64,000 nucleotides of DNA, taken from the human T2T-CHM13v2.0 reference genome, Homo sapiens. The stretch lies in assembly GCF_009914755.1 (NCBI RefSeq), contig NC_060936.1. One strand, given 5' to 3'. Below the pieces are notes generated by a model that worked only from the letters and a program-made list of their open reading frames with translations, made no database searches and was not told the origin of the DNA. Of this stretch, positions 1 through 14,136 are shown piece after piece; the first letter of the stretch is position 1, and each line of letters starts with the position of its first letter. The translations under genes and the position numbers were made by a program.

Positions 1-28
1 AACTGTCCAGTCTCATCATTTTGTTTGG
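1..28 (-). CDS. ZFC3H1: ZFC3H1 exon 15, 5' part (truncated by window edge)
   Basis: cccttag|CCAAACAAAATGATGAGACTGGACAGTT = PNKMMRLDS, in frame with exon 14. Confidence 0.85.
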
Positions 29-399
29 CTAAGGGAGAAAAATGATACACGTATTTTACATCACTGTGATTTTATAAACAATTTTTGGTAAGATAATTGT
101 GCTATCCCCACCATACAATGCCAACATTATAAAACTAAATCAATATGGAGAATAAAACAGAGTTTAACATAAGTAGCCAAAAGTTTTGCTAGTTAATCTA
201 TGACTTATGACAAAAACAAAGTCAAGACAAAATAATAAAGTAGACATCCAAAAATGTGGATGTCATTTAAAAACAAAGCTTTAATCTTAATCTCTTGGAA
301 TTTACAGCAAAGAGTTACTTTATATATACATCTTACCCTTAAAACTATCATAAAAACTTTCTGCTTTCCAAAAGTAAAATATTTCTATAAAACCCTCAC

Positions 400-531
400 C
401 CCAAAGCGATCTTGTTCCAGTTTACGTTTTCCTATTTCTTTACTGGCCACTGCCTTTGCCCGAGCAAGCTCTTCTCCATATTTTAGAGTCAAAGCTTTCT
501 TAATTGTAACACGCTGTTGAACTCTGTGAAT
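400..531 (-). CDS. ZFC3H1: ZFC3H1 exon 14 (132 nt)
   Basis: ttcag|ATTCACAGA...TTTGGG|gtgagg; IHRVQQRVTIKKALTLKYGEE...QDRFG. Confidence 0.95.
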
Positions 532-777
532 CTGAAAAATATAGAATAATCCTGAAAATGTAAATGAAAACCTTAAAACAGGAAATTTCTTCTTCTCAAA
601 CACCGCGGCTTTTGAGCATTCAACTGAAAATAAAAATATTCCAATATTATTTCTCAACAAGAAACTATAGGTTATGCATATTTTGCTGGCTTTAGTATAC
701 AGTGGTTTGTCTTACAGAAAATTTGGCCTATAAAAATGTGTAGTAAACAGGAGACTACAGTATTTTAAAATAATTAC

Positions 778-952
778 TTGTTCCTGAAGCTTCTTCAAAA
801 ACATTCTGTTAACATTAAGAATTTTTTCAGTTGCTTGAAGCTGTTCTGTAAGTTTTGTAATCTTTGCTTCAGCATTTCTAACAGATTCTTTCTTCTTAGC
901 TTCTTGTTGCACTAAATTCTTTAAAACAGATTCATCTTTCATCAAGAGAATC
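778..952 (-). CDS. ZFC3H1: ZFC3H1 exon 13 (175 nt)
   Basis: tttag|GATTCTCTTGATG...GAACAA|gtaatt; ILLMKDESVLKNL...KKLQEQ. Confidence 0.95.
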
Positions 953-1258
953 CTAAATGAGAAATAACAAAATTCTTGTTAATGTTTCCCTACAAGAGCA
1001 GACTGTCAGAATAAAAAAATTTTCAAAGTAATAACACAATTTTTAAAAATGCATCTACGAGACACAGATAAAAATGTAAAGGGATGAATATTTTTATATT
1101 CATCACACAGGTATTTAAATTAACATTGCTACACTGATAATAGTAACTATGAGACTGATCTTTTAAAAAAAAAAATTTAAGCCTGAGGTAACGTGAATTA
1201 CTGTTGAAAACTTGTAGTAAATATTCAACGTTGGGCCAGGCACAGTGGGAATGCATTT

Positions 1259-1471
1259 CCCTAGTTCAAGCGATTCTCCCGCCTCAGCCTCCCAAGTAGC
1301 TGGGATTACAAGGCATGCACCACCATGCCCAGCTAATTTTTTTGTATTTTTAGTAGAGACAGGGTTTCACCGTGTTGGCCAGGCTAGTCTCAAACTCCTG
1401 ATCTCAAGTGATCCACCCACCTCGGCCTCTCAAATTGCTATGATTATAGGCGTGAGCCACCGCGCCTGGCC
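1259..1471 (-). mobile_element. AluS, 3'-truncated, preceded by a 15-bp plus-strand Alu head (1234-1248)
   Basis: Alu consensus match. Confidence 0.9.
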
Positions 1472-1668
1472 GGTATTTTTATTTAAACATTAATTTCATT
1501 ACTTTATGTAAATGTAGTGTCATTCAACAAAATGACAGACTTCTACATTCTACAAAGTTTAAGTGAGAAAATGTATAATCTTATAGTACGCTTATTAATA
1601 ACATACACCACAAAAATGTATTTCTCTACCACAGGAACAATTAGATATGTGAAGATAACAAGGCTCAC

Positions 1669-1818
1669 CTATGTTTTTTCAGTTTTGATTCTGCATCTGT
1701 AACCTGCTTAGTAACCATTGCTATCCTGCCAATACCATCAATTTCCACATCAGAGTTTGCTGGGGATGATGAACTTGTCTTCAGCTGATCTGATTTAATC
1801 AAACGCTGTTTCTCACGG
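1669..1818 (-). CDS. ZFC3H1: ZFC3H1 exon 12 (150 nt)
   Basis: tttag|CCGTGAGAAA...CATAG|gtgagc; REKQRLIKSDQLK...SKLKKH. Confidence 0.94.
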
Positions 1819-2217
1819 CTAAAATTATCAAAAAGGATATATGCATTACACCCAAGAATAAACTTAAACTATTTTTAAAATGTATTCTATTTCATGCAGT
1901 AACAATATTAATCACACCGACTAATAATAAAGATGATGACCAATATGCAAGACCCAAGTCAGCATTCAAAGTTGATAGTGGAGTCCTTCTCTTTGAGTGT
2001 TTTCATCTTTTTTCTAAGCTGGTTATGTCCTAGCACATCACTCTATTCAAGTGTATGTATGACCATCCAGCACCATCTTCTGTGTGAGTTATAAAACATT
2101 AACTCTGTATCTTGGATAAAACTATCATCACTCATTCCCCAGTGCCAAGAAACTCTATAAGAGAAGTTTTGAAAACATCACATACTTTTAATGTTAATTA
2201 CATAAAATTACACTTAC

Positions 2218-2339
2218 TTGGCAATCTCTTCCTTTAACAATCTATATTCAATCTTCTTTTCTTCAGGCAAAGCCTCCGGTGTTCGCAGAGGATCATTTTC
2301 TTTTTCAGATTTTGGAGGTACTTTCGGTTTTGAAGCTTG
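2218..2339 (-). CDS. ZFC3H1: ZFC3H1 exon 11 (122 nt)
   Basis: tttag|CAAGCTTCA...GCCAA|gtaagt; QASKPKVPPKSEKENDPLRTPEALPEEKKIEYRLLKEEIA. Confidence 0.94.
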
Positions 2340-2955
2340 CTAAAAAAAAAAAACATTTGAAGTCAACTAGATCATCAGCTTTCCAAAATTCCATACTAAG
2401 ATTTATATTTTACATTGCAACCCAGTGTATACTGAATTTATTTAGAAATACCTGAATGTCATCATTTTCTATTCTTTTTTCTAAAACAATGTTGGTTGAT
2501 AACTACTAAATTGTATACGCCACCAAGTAGTGAAGATCTACAGTCTGAAAATCATTGAATTAAATCACAGCTAAACAACTACTGAAATAGGGAAAAAACG
2601 ATAAAAGTTGTACTTAGAGAATACATTTTAATAAAAACTGTTTTCTGGTAACACAACACAACTCTAAAACAACAGTCTCCTTACTACACAGAACAATTAT
2701 CCAACCAATTTTACTATTTTGAAAAAGGAAATACTTAATAGGAAACACAAATAATGGAAACTTTTAATAGTAAAATCAATCTACATTGATACATGCTTCA
2801 TTATATAAAGTCCTAATAGCACAAATACTTAAAATATTTCCACAAATCAATGTTATTAAAAATCTATAACTTTATGGTTTAATTTTCAGGAAAAAATAAA
2901 CTTTACTGATCATCAAAAGGTCATCTTTCTTTCCACCTTTAATTATTGCACTTAC

Positions 2956-3093
2956 CTCAGCAGTTCGTCTTGCTTCTTTAATCATGGACTCTAATCCACC
3001 AAAAACACTATTTGTTGACTTGGAAGCCTCTCCATCAGATTCACTATCATCTGAATCATTTAGTGTTACAACCACTGATTTATGCTTTGGAAG
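2956..3093 (-). CDS. ZFC3H1: ZFC3H1 exon 10 (138 nt)
   Basis: tgcag|CTTCCAAAG...GCTGAG|gtaagt; LPKHKSVVVTLNDSDDSESD...RRTAE. Confidence 0.95.
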
Positions 3094-4002
3094 CTGCAAA
3101 GACAATATATTTATTACTCGTGATAACAAAAGGATGTCATTTAACCTTGTTCAATTTCAATCCACAAAAATAATGGGCTCCAAGTAGACAGTCTATGGCT
3201 CCTTCTAGGGTTGTATTACATAATCCACTGAGTCGACCAATACTGGTTATATGACTGAGACATAAAATGTTGTATATTCTTTAAGACTTTCTATTCTATA
3301 ATTACTCTCATTAAAATTTTATTTTCACTAACTTTCTATTATAAAGAACCACAATGCAATTTAAATTAACTCTTTTAAAACCAAAGAAAAATTTTGTTAA
3401 TTTTACATAATAATTATCAAAATTCTGTACTTTGTGGTTACATATAGAGGGTAAATTGCCAAAACTGGCTTACCTAACAGGAAAGATTTCAACTTGTCTT
3501 TGTTCTATTTATTTTACTTTGAAGCCATTACAAAACAAGGTAGAAACAAACTATCATTTCAACCTCCTTAATAAACATCATAAATAATTTCTTCCATCAT
3601 AGTGTAGTCATTGGTTGGAAAACATACACAAAGTATACAAAGAGATGGGAGAAATAAAAAACATGCAATTTGTTAAAATTTTGACTCCAAAAAGATAGAA
3701 AATCTGAATGAGCCCATTTCTATAGAAAAAAAGCTGAAGAAATGTCAGAGGAAAGTACACCACTCTGATGAAAACAATACCTCCCCCAACACACTATCAC
3801 CAAACTCTTACCAGTTTTCAAGTGAAGGTGTTGCTCTCATTTTATCATTAATAAATTAAAAATAAATTTTAAAAATTTGTATTTATATGTGAATATATGT
3901 GTGTATATAAATAAACCAAGGGGTAGAAAACAGGACAGCTAAACTTCATAGAAATTTATCATAACTGTTTGAATAAAAGTAGCACTAAATTTTTGTTTTT
4001 AC

Positions 4003-4167
4003 CGAGATCACAGTTCGTGGAAGACGGGGTCCTCTGTGAAACTTTGGATTCTGTATCCTAGGCTGAGACACTGTGTTAATACTGACTATTGATAGATTGC
4101 TTCTTGGCACAGGATGTGAATTGTTCAGAACTGGAGGTGAAGGTGGGTCACTATTACTGGATGTTTC
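4003..4167 (-). CDS. ZFC3H1: ZFC3H1 exon 9 (165 nt)
   Basis: tgtag|GAAACATCC...ATCTCG|gtaaaa; ETSSNSDPPSPP...PRTVIS. Confidence 0.94.
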
Positions 4168-4362
4168 CTACATAAGGAAGAGAAAGACATTAAACATTCC
4201 TAAATAAAAATAAATTTCTGCCACCTTTAAAAATCTTGAGCATGTTAGAATTATCCCCACTTTGCTGAAAAGCCCAATGATGCCCAAGTAACCAGAAAAA
4301 AGTAGGACTACCGTAAAGCTAAGCTCAAGAGCACCACCTAGAGGTTTAGGTACCTAAATTAC

Positions 4363-4572
4363 CTCTGGCTTAAAAGCTCTTTTATTTGCTAGAGATTTAA
4401 GTAGTTCTTCTCGAAGCAGCATTTCTTCCTCCTCTTCCTCATCTGCAAAAGGTGGTTTTGGAGGCTGTTCTGGATCTTCAGGTGGGAGAGGTGGTAATGG
4501 TGGTAGAGGAGGTAGAGGTTCAAGAGAAACACACAAGCCTTCCACATAAGGCTGGCTCAAAGGTGGCAGAGA
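4363..4572 (-). CDS. ZFC3H1: ZFC3H1 exon 8 (210 nt, Pro-rich)
   Basis: aatag|TCTCTGCCA...CCAGAG|gtaatt; SLPPLSQPYVEGL...KRAFKPE. Confidence 0.95.
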
Positions 4573-5930
4573 CTATTTTTTAAAAAAAGAAAGAATTACA
4601 ACGCAAATTTTATCAACTCAAATGCTTCTCTCTGCAGCAATATTAAACTAGAAAAAAATAAACTTTACATTATTATTTTAGCTGTAAATATAGTAAGCTA
4701 AGTATATGTTAACCTCAAAACAAACCAGAAATCAATAGCCAACCACGAAAAAGTGTTATTTTTACAATTTTAAAAAAAATCAACAATATTTGAAACATTT
4801 ATTAACTTCAAGGAAAATTATAGAAACTTCTCTGTTCCAATTCTTATATCCATTTAGCATTCTAGAAGATATAGATATCAAACTATACAGGGTCCTTCCT
4901 TCTAGATGACTACCTGAAAGCAAGTAGAGGTACTGAAACCCAAGACATAATATTTCAGTAAAAAATAAAAATTAGAAACCAAGGGATTCTGTGAATAATA
5001 GTCCAGAGTACTTTAATCATTAATTAAGTATCAAGAAGAATCACCACTACTCTCTTAAAATGGCTTCTTAAAGAATATCTATAAAGGAAACTAATTTTAC
5101 ACAAATCCCTAAATTTGGATATGTATTTGCATCAAAGATCTTCCACTATTTCCCTTGGCATTTAGTTCATTTATTCATTCCCAAAAAGAAAACATTACAA
5201 CGAAGAAAGTGCTGTTTTCTCTCTCACTATCGGCTCTAATATTCCCCTCACCATATATGTTCTAGAAAGACACTAGACGTCTTTCCTGAAACGGAAAAGT
5301 TCCCTCTTACACCTACTGAGAGATACTCAATTTGATCTCTAGGTCCTCTCAATCTAAAAATAATGTCAAAACTTTTAATGTGTGATTCCTCTACTTCCTT
5401 TTTTTCCTTTTCCTTTTATTGTTTTTATTTTTTTGTTTTATTTTTAGTGGGAGGACTGGAGATGGGGGGGAAAAGAAATTAACTTCATAGAAAATGCTTT
5501 TCTTTTGCTGGATTTTCAAGTTAAAAATAACCATTTTTATGAAAAGAGGAGAAAGGAGAGTATTAATTTTTAGAAGCATCCTAATGCATGTAAATTCCAA
5601 TTCCCTAAAAAAGAGACAGTCCAAAACAGTAGATAACTTCTGTTTTTGAATAAATTTTCTGAGTAGCTACTATCTGAGAGTAAAGTGAAGAAGGAAACAT
5701 GATAGGTACCGAAAAGTCAACATGAAATTAAAAATTAGCTATGAAAAAAATCTACCAAATGGATAGCTTGCTGGTATAATCAACTGTTTATTCTACGTAT
5801 TTCATTGCTATTAATTCTTGGTAAGCAATTCTGATTTTTTAAGCCCTCTTCAAACCTAACCATTCGTTTTTAAAAACAAATTAGAAAAGACAAGACAAAA
5901 TAATTTTCTTAGAAATCAATTCTGACTTAC

Positions 5931-6028
5931 AGAAACCTGAGGTGGTGGAGGCAAAGAAAGAGATGGTGCTGGAGAAAAATACCCCAATGAACATTCAGAG
6001 AAAAATGGCGGTTGCACTGGTGAAGGAG
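5931..6028 (-). CDS. ZFC3H1: ZFC3H1 exon 7 (98 nt)
   Basis: tacag|CTCCTTCA...GTTTCT|gtaagt; (A)PSPVQPPFFSECSLGYFSPAPSLSLPPPPQVS. Confidence 0.93.
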
Positions 6029-6871
6029 CTGTAAAAAAATTTTTTGTTAAGAGTTTAATAACAGAAATACTTCATCAGGAATATATTAAGTTTATGTTAT
6101 GTTTGAAGAAATACATCTAGGTGGAGTGCAAATTAGATTTTATCAACCTCTGATAAAATCTTTAAACCCCTCATGAGTCCACCTCCAGCCATTTAAAATT
6201 GTCATATCATCATAAAGTCAGCCATTCACTTTAAACTAATAATTAGTCCCTCAAAACTCTCACTTTGTTCCACTTTTAACTTAATGATGAGAGCAGGGAA
6301 TAAAGCAGGAAAAGACAGAAACATACTTTAAAAAAACAAACAAAAAAAAACACAAGCATATTTTTTAAGAAATAATGAAACAAAAAATTCCCTTAAATTC
6401 TGCCAAAGTGCCCTAGCCAAAGGAAAACAATGATGTGGTGACTTCATTATTCCCTTCTTGTGGAGCAAAAGAAAGTTGAGGACATGGACCATATAAGCTG
6501 TGTTGAAAGTAAATAAAACTAGGAATGAGAAGAATTACTTAGTGTATTTAGTCAATAAGGTGCACATTTTTTCACATTTTAATTTTGAAATAATTACAAT
6601 TGATGCATCTCAGCATTTTTCTTCCTTGGTAGCAGATAAAAATAATTGTGTATTTTATCTTCAATGACTTGTTAGGCTCACTGAAATACAGCAGTTTCAA
6701 AGACTACTCTTACTACCCTACCCACTAACTATATAATCAGAGAAAATCTAACATTTCTTCTTTATCCCAGTTGTCTCACAAGTCAATACATTATTATCCA
6801 CATGCCTTATATGGGGTTGACTTGAGTCCCAAATGAGATAATCTGAATATACACTAATCTTTGGAACATTT

Positions 6872-6993
6872 TACATAGCGCTGCAGATGTGGCTGCTGTG
6901 TCACATTTGTGTTATTAGGTGGCAGAGAGAAGAGAGGCTATGTCTATGCTCAGTGTTCTGCCCCATGAACATTTGAATGTTTAATAGACACTT
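6872..6993 (+). pseudogene. SNORA17: SNORA17 (ACA17)-like H/ACA snoRNA retrocopy, antisense to ZFC3H1 intron 6
   Basis: GCGCTGCAGATGTGGCTGCTGTGTCACATTTGTGTTATTAGGTGGCAGAGAGAAGAGAGGCTATGTCTATGCTCAGTGTTCTGCCCCATGAACATTTGAATGTTTAATAG matches my recollection of SNORA17 with CpG decay; H box AGAGAA 6926-6931; ACA 6988-6990. Confidence 0.8.
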
Positions 6994-7405
6994 GATGGTG
7001 CTATTGTTTTATGGACTTGGCATGTTTTCCCTTCCTAGTATCTGGGAGAGAGGGTGGACCTAGTGAGTGCAGTGATCTCCGAGGAAAGCCCTCCAGGCTG
7101 CACTATCCTCATCCAGATTTAACCAGCCCTGACTCACTGCCAGGTGCCAGGAGAGGCTTCTGAGGACTTTCTGACCTTTGTGTTGGGTCAGCCACTAGGG
7201 GGTCTGAAAGGACAGTGGGAAGGTAGAGGGTGCCCTCAGCAAGAGTAGCCTTCATTCATGAATTTTAGAAACTAGTGGTAGGAAAGATGAAGTCCATTAT
7301 GTGCTGGTTCATGCTACCCACCATGTCAGGATCATCCAGGAGGACAAAGAACTAGGCAAGTGTTTGCTGGTGTTTGATTCAGTTAATAGTATTAACAGCA
7401 GCCAC

Positions 7406-7831
<426 letters not shown>

Positions 7832-9286
7832 ATTCTTGTTTTTTAACACAGGAAAGAAGTTGACAGAACTTGTGACTGGCTTACAGTGTGAGCACTGGCC
7901 AGAAAGACCAGGTGGACTGGCCCCAGCCCAGATCAAGATGCAGAGGCCAAGATGTGGGCCTTGCCCTGTGCCAGAAGGCTGGTTGGAACAGAGGTGCAGA
8001 TACAGGCTCAACCTGCTCTGGGACCACCAGTGGTGCTCAAGGTATTTGCAGCCTCAGAGCTTGGCTTTCCACAAGTCCACCCACCCCCAAGGCCATGCAA
8101 CTGCAGTTCCTGCTCTGCTTTCATTACAGGGAACGGGCAGGCTGGCACTGGGATGCCCACTGCCTCTGGCCTCTCTACCTTGGTGGCACTGTGTGCTCCA
8201 GCTGGCCAGGGGCAGCTGCCGGGACCACCCCATCATTTTAGTATTCTGATTTTTAAGTTGTTCTGCCACTGTGGTATCCTAGTGAAAAAAAATAAATAAC
8301 CTTCTGGCAATTTCTGAACTGCCTGAAACCTCAGATCCTAAACTAGTTTTTTACCGTATTTGAATTCTCTTGGTTTTTTTTTTCCCCCGCCCGGCGAAAA
8401 ACTCTATATGGAAAACATTCTTTTTTAATACAAGATAAAGTGAATTAAAAGATGTTTTTAATGCACATTTCTTCAAATATAATATGTCTGTGTTGGCAAA
8501 ATTTGAGAAAAAAATTGATCTTGAATGGAAAAAAATACATATATATAAATATCCGCAGTTAACGTGGCAAAAAATTAAAATTTGACAAAGCCGCTTAGAG
8601 AGTATGTTCTCTATATGTTTCACAAAATCATTTAAAAAGCATAGATCATAAAGTTATTTTATAGAAATAAAGTATTAATAATATTGTCAATACTTGGGAA
8701 TTATAATGAATCATCTCCAAGAATCTGAAAATAAGAAAATTAAAGATTGACCAAAGCAAGTTAAATTGTGTTATCAAAACATAATATAAGACTATCAAAC
8801 ACCAGCTTAAAGTAACAACCTGAAAAATGAGCATTTTGGTAAACACTAGCCAAATAATACATATTTTGTTTTGTCTCTAGTCTAGATACACCAAAGTAGG
8901 ATTCCAGTTTTGATTTGGTCTCACTATGTGACTATAGGGAGAAATACACTGATCATGTGTTCTTCCAAATTCTCCAGTTCCTGGAATGCCAACTGCGTTC
9001 TGTTATCTGCCTCAGTCTTAAGTGTTTTAAATTATTTGTGAAGGAATAGGTCTCTCACAGCCAATCACCCCTGAACATCAACAAAATCAAGTCTCTGGCC
9101 CTCAAAGATAAGTCAGATTCTAGACTATGCAACCTAAAGGAGAGTTACAGCCCTGACCAGTTCTAACCAGCCTTTCCTGAGATGCCACTAGTACTATCAC
9201 TTTCTGTCTCAAAATTTCTACAAATTATCGTACTAGAAAGAGACAGGAAGCCAAATAGCAAAAAAGGAATTTTGTTCTTTGACTAA

Positions 9287-9658
<372 letters not shown>

Positions 9659-9944
9659 CAATCTTCACTTTCTAGAGCAAACAGTTAACAGAGTTTAAAC
9701 AATGTCTTATTTATTTGTTTTTTAATTTAAAGGCTATCTAGAAACACTCGGAAATAAAGGTTAATATTACTTATTTGAGGTTTGCTCTCTAAGTATTTAC
9801 AACAACAAATAATGTCTATCGCCATACAGTTCATCAGCAAATCTCACTTTCATTACACATTTCTTTAAAGGTTTTGAGTACCATAATGACTATTCTCTAT
9901 TTAATACATGTAAATACACAAAGGTTTCAAGTTTTGGCTCATAC

Positions 9945-10068
9945 CTGGAGAACTGGTTTCACTATCTGTATCCATAGCAACTTCTTCATAGTTATCATAC
10001 TGATAAATGCCTCCTCCACTATCAGTAGGTTGCTTATCTAAGGATCGCCTCAGGTCAGGATCTGAAGA
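9945..10068 (-). CDS. ZFC3H1: ZFC3H1 exon 6 (124 nt)
   Basis: cttag|TCTTCAGAT...TCTCCAG|gtatga; SSDPDLRRSLDKQ...YDNYEEVAMDTDSETSSP. Confidence 0.94.
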
Positions 10069-10683
10069 CTAAGTATACAACACTTTTTTAGTTTCAAAGC
10101 ATTTTCTGTCTTGGGTTACAAATCACAAAAGAACTGATAGTTATCTTCTATGGAAGAGTATCAAAAATCATGGTGATTCAGTTAGATGTGCCTATCACAT
10201 CTTTGGGAAATTCAATTCAAATGATAGCTACACTGGTTGACATTTTATAACTGTATAATCAGATAGAAAATGGAATTTCCAAAGTACGAGCTATACAGAC
10301 GAAATCCCCCATTGTTAGCTGAGCCACTAAATAATTAGCTCTTCCTGTATAAAATGACACCAAACTCTTGTACACTTATGACTTCTGTATGATTAAGAAA
10401 CTAGAGGAATACAAAAACAAGTTTTATGTCATCACGACTACATACAGAATATTTCCCCAAAAATTCAAAAACATTTTAATTATAAATAAATTAATGATAC
10501 CTGAAAGCTATAAATTCTGGGTAAATGTGTTTATCTATTGTATGTTGTTTTCTTGTCTACTTCTTACTATGTTTCACTCAGAGACAGTTTATAATAAACT
10601 AAAAACTCGCAAAACCTCTCGAGAAGGAGGTAAAGAATAATGTGCAAATAATACCATATTTATCTCTAGAAAAAGATTCTATT

Positions 10684-10935
10684 GGCCTGGCGCGGTGGCT
10701 CATGCGGTCGGGAGTTCAAGACCAGCCTGGCCAACATGGTGAAACCCCGTCTCTACTAAAAATACAAAAAAATTAGCCAGGCATGGTGGTGGGTGCCTGT
10801 AATCCCAGCTACTCGGGAGACTGGGGCAGGAGAATTGTTTGAACCTGGGAGGTGGAGGTTGCAGTGAGCCGAAACATGCCATTGCACTCCAGCCTGGGCA
10901 ACAAGAGTAAGACTCCGTCTCAAAAAAAAAAAAAA
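10684..10935 (+). mobile_element. AluS with internal left-arm deletion
   Basis: GGCTCATGC joined directly to GGTCGGGAGTTC; A tail. Confidence 0.9.
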
Positions 10936-11603
10936 TTTCAAAGTATAAATATTTACAATATTCCTTGCTTAAGCAAACCTAACTCCAATTAACGAATTTA
11001 CTCTTTAATATCCCTCTACTCTTCATTAATACATTCTCAAGTATACTCTTTTTGGGCTTTTTTCTTCTTTTTGGGTGGAGAGGGTAAAAGAAGGGAGGGA
11101 GAGAGAAAAAGACAAGACGACAAGTATATTTATATACATAGTAAATGTTCAACAAATGTTTGACCACTAAATACAAAATAGCCACATGCACTAAGGTTAT
11201 TACTATATCATGATTTAACATTTATTAAGATAGTCCATACTAGTCATGACACACTTCTCAATCTACATTACTAAACAATGAAAAACTAATGAAATTCTAC
11301 CCCTGTACTTAAGACTTAACAGCCATTTTCAGAATAAGTTTTCACCACAATTTAGTAATCCTACTTTCATCTAAACAGAAAATCGTAAAAAACCTAAAAG
11401 CAGTCTCTGCTAATAATAATTTTAGCCTTCATTTCTTCTTCCAATACCTACAACTATAAAAGATGCTTTCCCAATTATAACCTACCTTCCTTTTTTCCAA
11501 GAGTTATTTATAAAATAAACTTCCTTATTTGACAGAATCTATGAAATATGACTTTAAGGAAACTTAGAGTAACGTTTTGATTTTATATTTTTGCATTTCT
11601 TAC

Positions 11604-11827
11604 TTTACTTCTTGATCTCCTCTTGCCACCAACCAATTTCATGAATCGATTGTACTGTTCTTCCTGATTTGAGAGATCTCGAATTTTTCTGATTTCTTCC
11701 TCTCTTTTCCTTCTCTCTTCTTCTTCAGCTTGTTTCCGCTGATCCTCTTCTTTCTGTCTTTCCTGCTCTTTTTGTTGTTGTAGTTTCTTCCATGCCTTTG
11801 TTTGCTGCTTCCTCAATGCTTGTTTAG
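11604..11827 (-). CDS. ZFC3H1: ZFC3H1 exon 5 (224 nt, charged coiled coil)
   Basis: taaag|CTAAACAA...AGTAAA|gtaaga; AKQALRKQQTKAWKK...RRSRSK. Confidence 0.95.
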
Positions 11828-12050
11828 CTTTAAATAAAAAACACATAAACATTAGCATCTGTTAGGAGATAAAAGAAAAATAAGAGTCTTAAAAAATATT
11901 TTCATTATTGATTAATCAGTGATGATGCTCCTAAGTTGTTTATATAAGATTGTCTTCCATTTTAGGGCCCTGTAATTCCCCAAACTCAAAACTCTGAATT
12001 AAAATCTCAAAACTATACTTACACATAAATTCAACTAAAAGAATTTAACA

Positions 12051-12368
<318 letters not shown>

Positions 12369-12385
12369 TTAATAAAAATGATCAC

Positions 12386-12584
12386 CTGTAGTGCTAACTT
12401 TTTTGGCCGAATGTGTTTTTGTACTTGTTTTAACTTTTTGCTGTACAGTTTTCGTCTTAGTCAACTTTTCTTTGCTTTCTTTCATCACCTGCTGTTCTTT
12501 TTGTTGCCATTTTTTACTGGCTGACTGAAGAGCCAAAAGGCGAAGCTGTAATTCAGATAGTTCCTCTTCATCTTCACCAAGTTT
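12386..12584 (-). CDS. ZFC3H1: ZFC3H1 exon 4 (199 nt)
   Basis: ttaaag|AAACTTGGT...ACTACAG|gtgatc; KLGEDEEELSELQLRLLALQSAS...KKVSTT. Confidence 0.94.
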
Positions 12585-13846
12585 CTTTAAAGCAAAAAGA
12601 AAGAGCTAAAATTTTTTAATTCTATTATTTAGCTTACACATTTCATCAAGTCAAATCCTTTATGATAAAAATTTGAAGTGTGAAGGCAAATATGACAAGG
12701 CAAATACAGATAAAATAAGTAAACTAATTTACTTCCCACAGCCTGAGACTCTAATGTAATTCCTAAAATACGAATAGAAGATGAGTCTGCAGAAGGTATG
12801 TGTATATATGTAATGTAGGGTTGGTAAGGCGGTACAACTGATAGAACACGATAATGCAAAAAAGAAAAGAGTTAGTAGCTAACATTTAAAAGGGCTTCCC
12901 AAACCGGAAAGAGTAAAAGTCTGATGGCAGCAAATGCAATGAAGAAATCAAGACCCAGGAGAGGTAAGGAAAGAAGAAGGAAGTGGTTCCCTGATCATGT
13001 GATTTGCTGGCCTCACCAGTAATAGAGAACAACAGACACACTGAATGTCAAGATTCAAACTTACAAATTTTCTTTTATGTGTATATTTTTTAATTCTTTA
13101 AATTACTATTGAAGGGAAAAATCTATAGAGATTTGCTTACAGCTGACTGTTATGTGTTCTAAGGCTACAGATATTTATCTGAATATTTTATATATTTTGA
13201 ACAGACAAGACTTTTCTTCAGGAAAGCTAAAACAGGACAATAATGTTAAAAGCAGATGTCTGAGAACTTTTTTCCAATTGAAATAACTTTTGCATTTCAC
13301 TTTCGAAATAGTTTAAAAAATTAATCTGTTCTCTCCATTATAGCAAAAATAGAACTGAAAAATGTCAGGCTCCCTAGAGGTTTTTAATTAGAGTCCATGG
13401 ACTTTAATAAGGGGTGGGAGGATAGCTTTGGCTTCCCCACCCCTGAAGTTAAACACAAACCCTCTTTTTTCTTTATGTATGTGCATGGAAGGGAAAGGAA
13501 GAGTCAAAAAAGATTCCAAAAGATTAAGGCCCACTTATCTAATAACTTTTTCTTATAGGTAAATTGTAATTATATTTTCTCCTAAAATCCAATTAAATTC
13601 TTTCTATTGTTAAACATAAAGAAAACAGTGGATACTAACTAATGATTTCACCTGAATATGAACTACTATAAGCCCTAAACTACTGTCATACACTTCAGTA
13701 CTTCAGTTTAACCAAACCAAGACAGTTACCTTTTCCACTGTTGGTAAGTACATGTAAGCAATAATTTTAAAATTATTATGGTTCTTTTTTAAATTCTACG
13801 TCACTTAAACGTATCAAATTCTATTACCTAGTACTGAAATTCTAGA

Positions 13847-14050
13847 GCTGTGCTGTTCAATATGGTAGCAATGAGCCACATGTGGCTATCTGAATTTAAA
13901 TCAACCAAAACTGAATTTAAAAATTTGTACCTAAGCCACACTAATCACTTTTCAAGTTCTTCATAGCCACATGTAGCTAACAGCTACCATATTGGAGAAT
14001 TCAGCTATAAAACATTTCCATTATTGTAGAAAATTCTATTAAACAGTACT
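13847..14050 (-). mobile_element. MER3-like hAT-Charlie MITE
   Basis: CTGTGCTGTTCAATATGGTAGC..AGCCACATGTGGCTA, with an internal inverted copy. Confidence 0.75.
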
Positions 14051-14136
14051 CATGTACAGAGTTTAACTAAAATAAAGCTATCCTCACTGTTCCATTGAGA
14101 CAAAGTCTTTTTGTTTTCTTGTTTTAAATTATTTAA

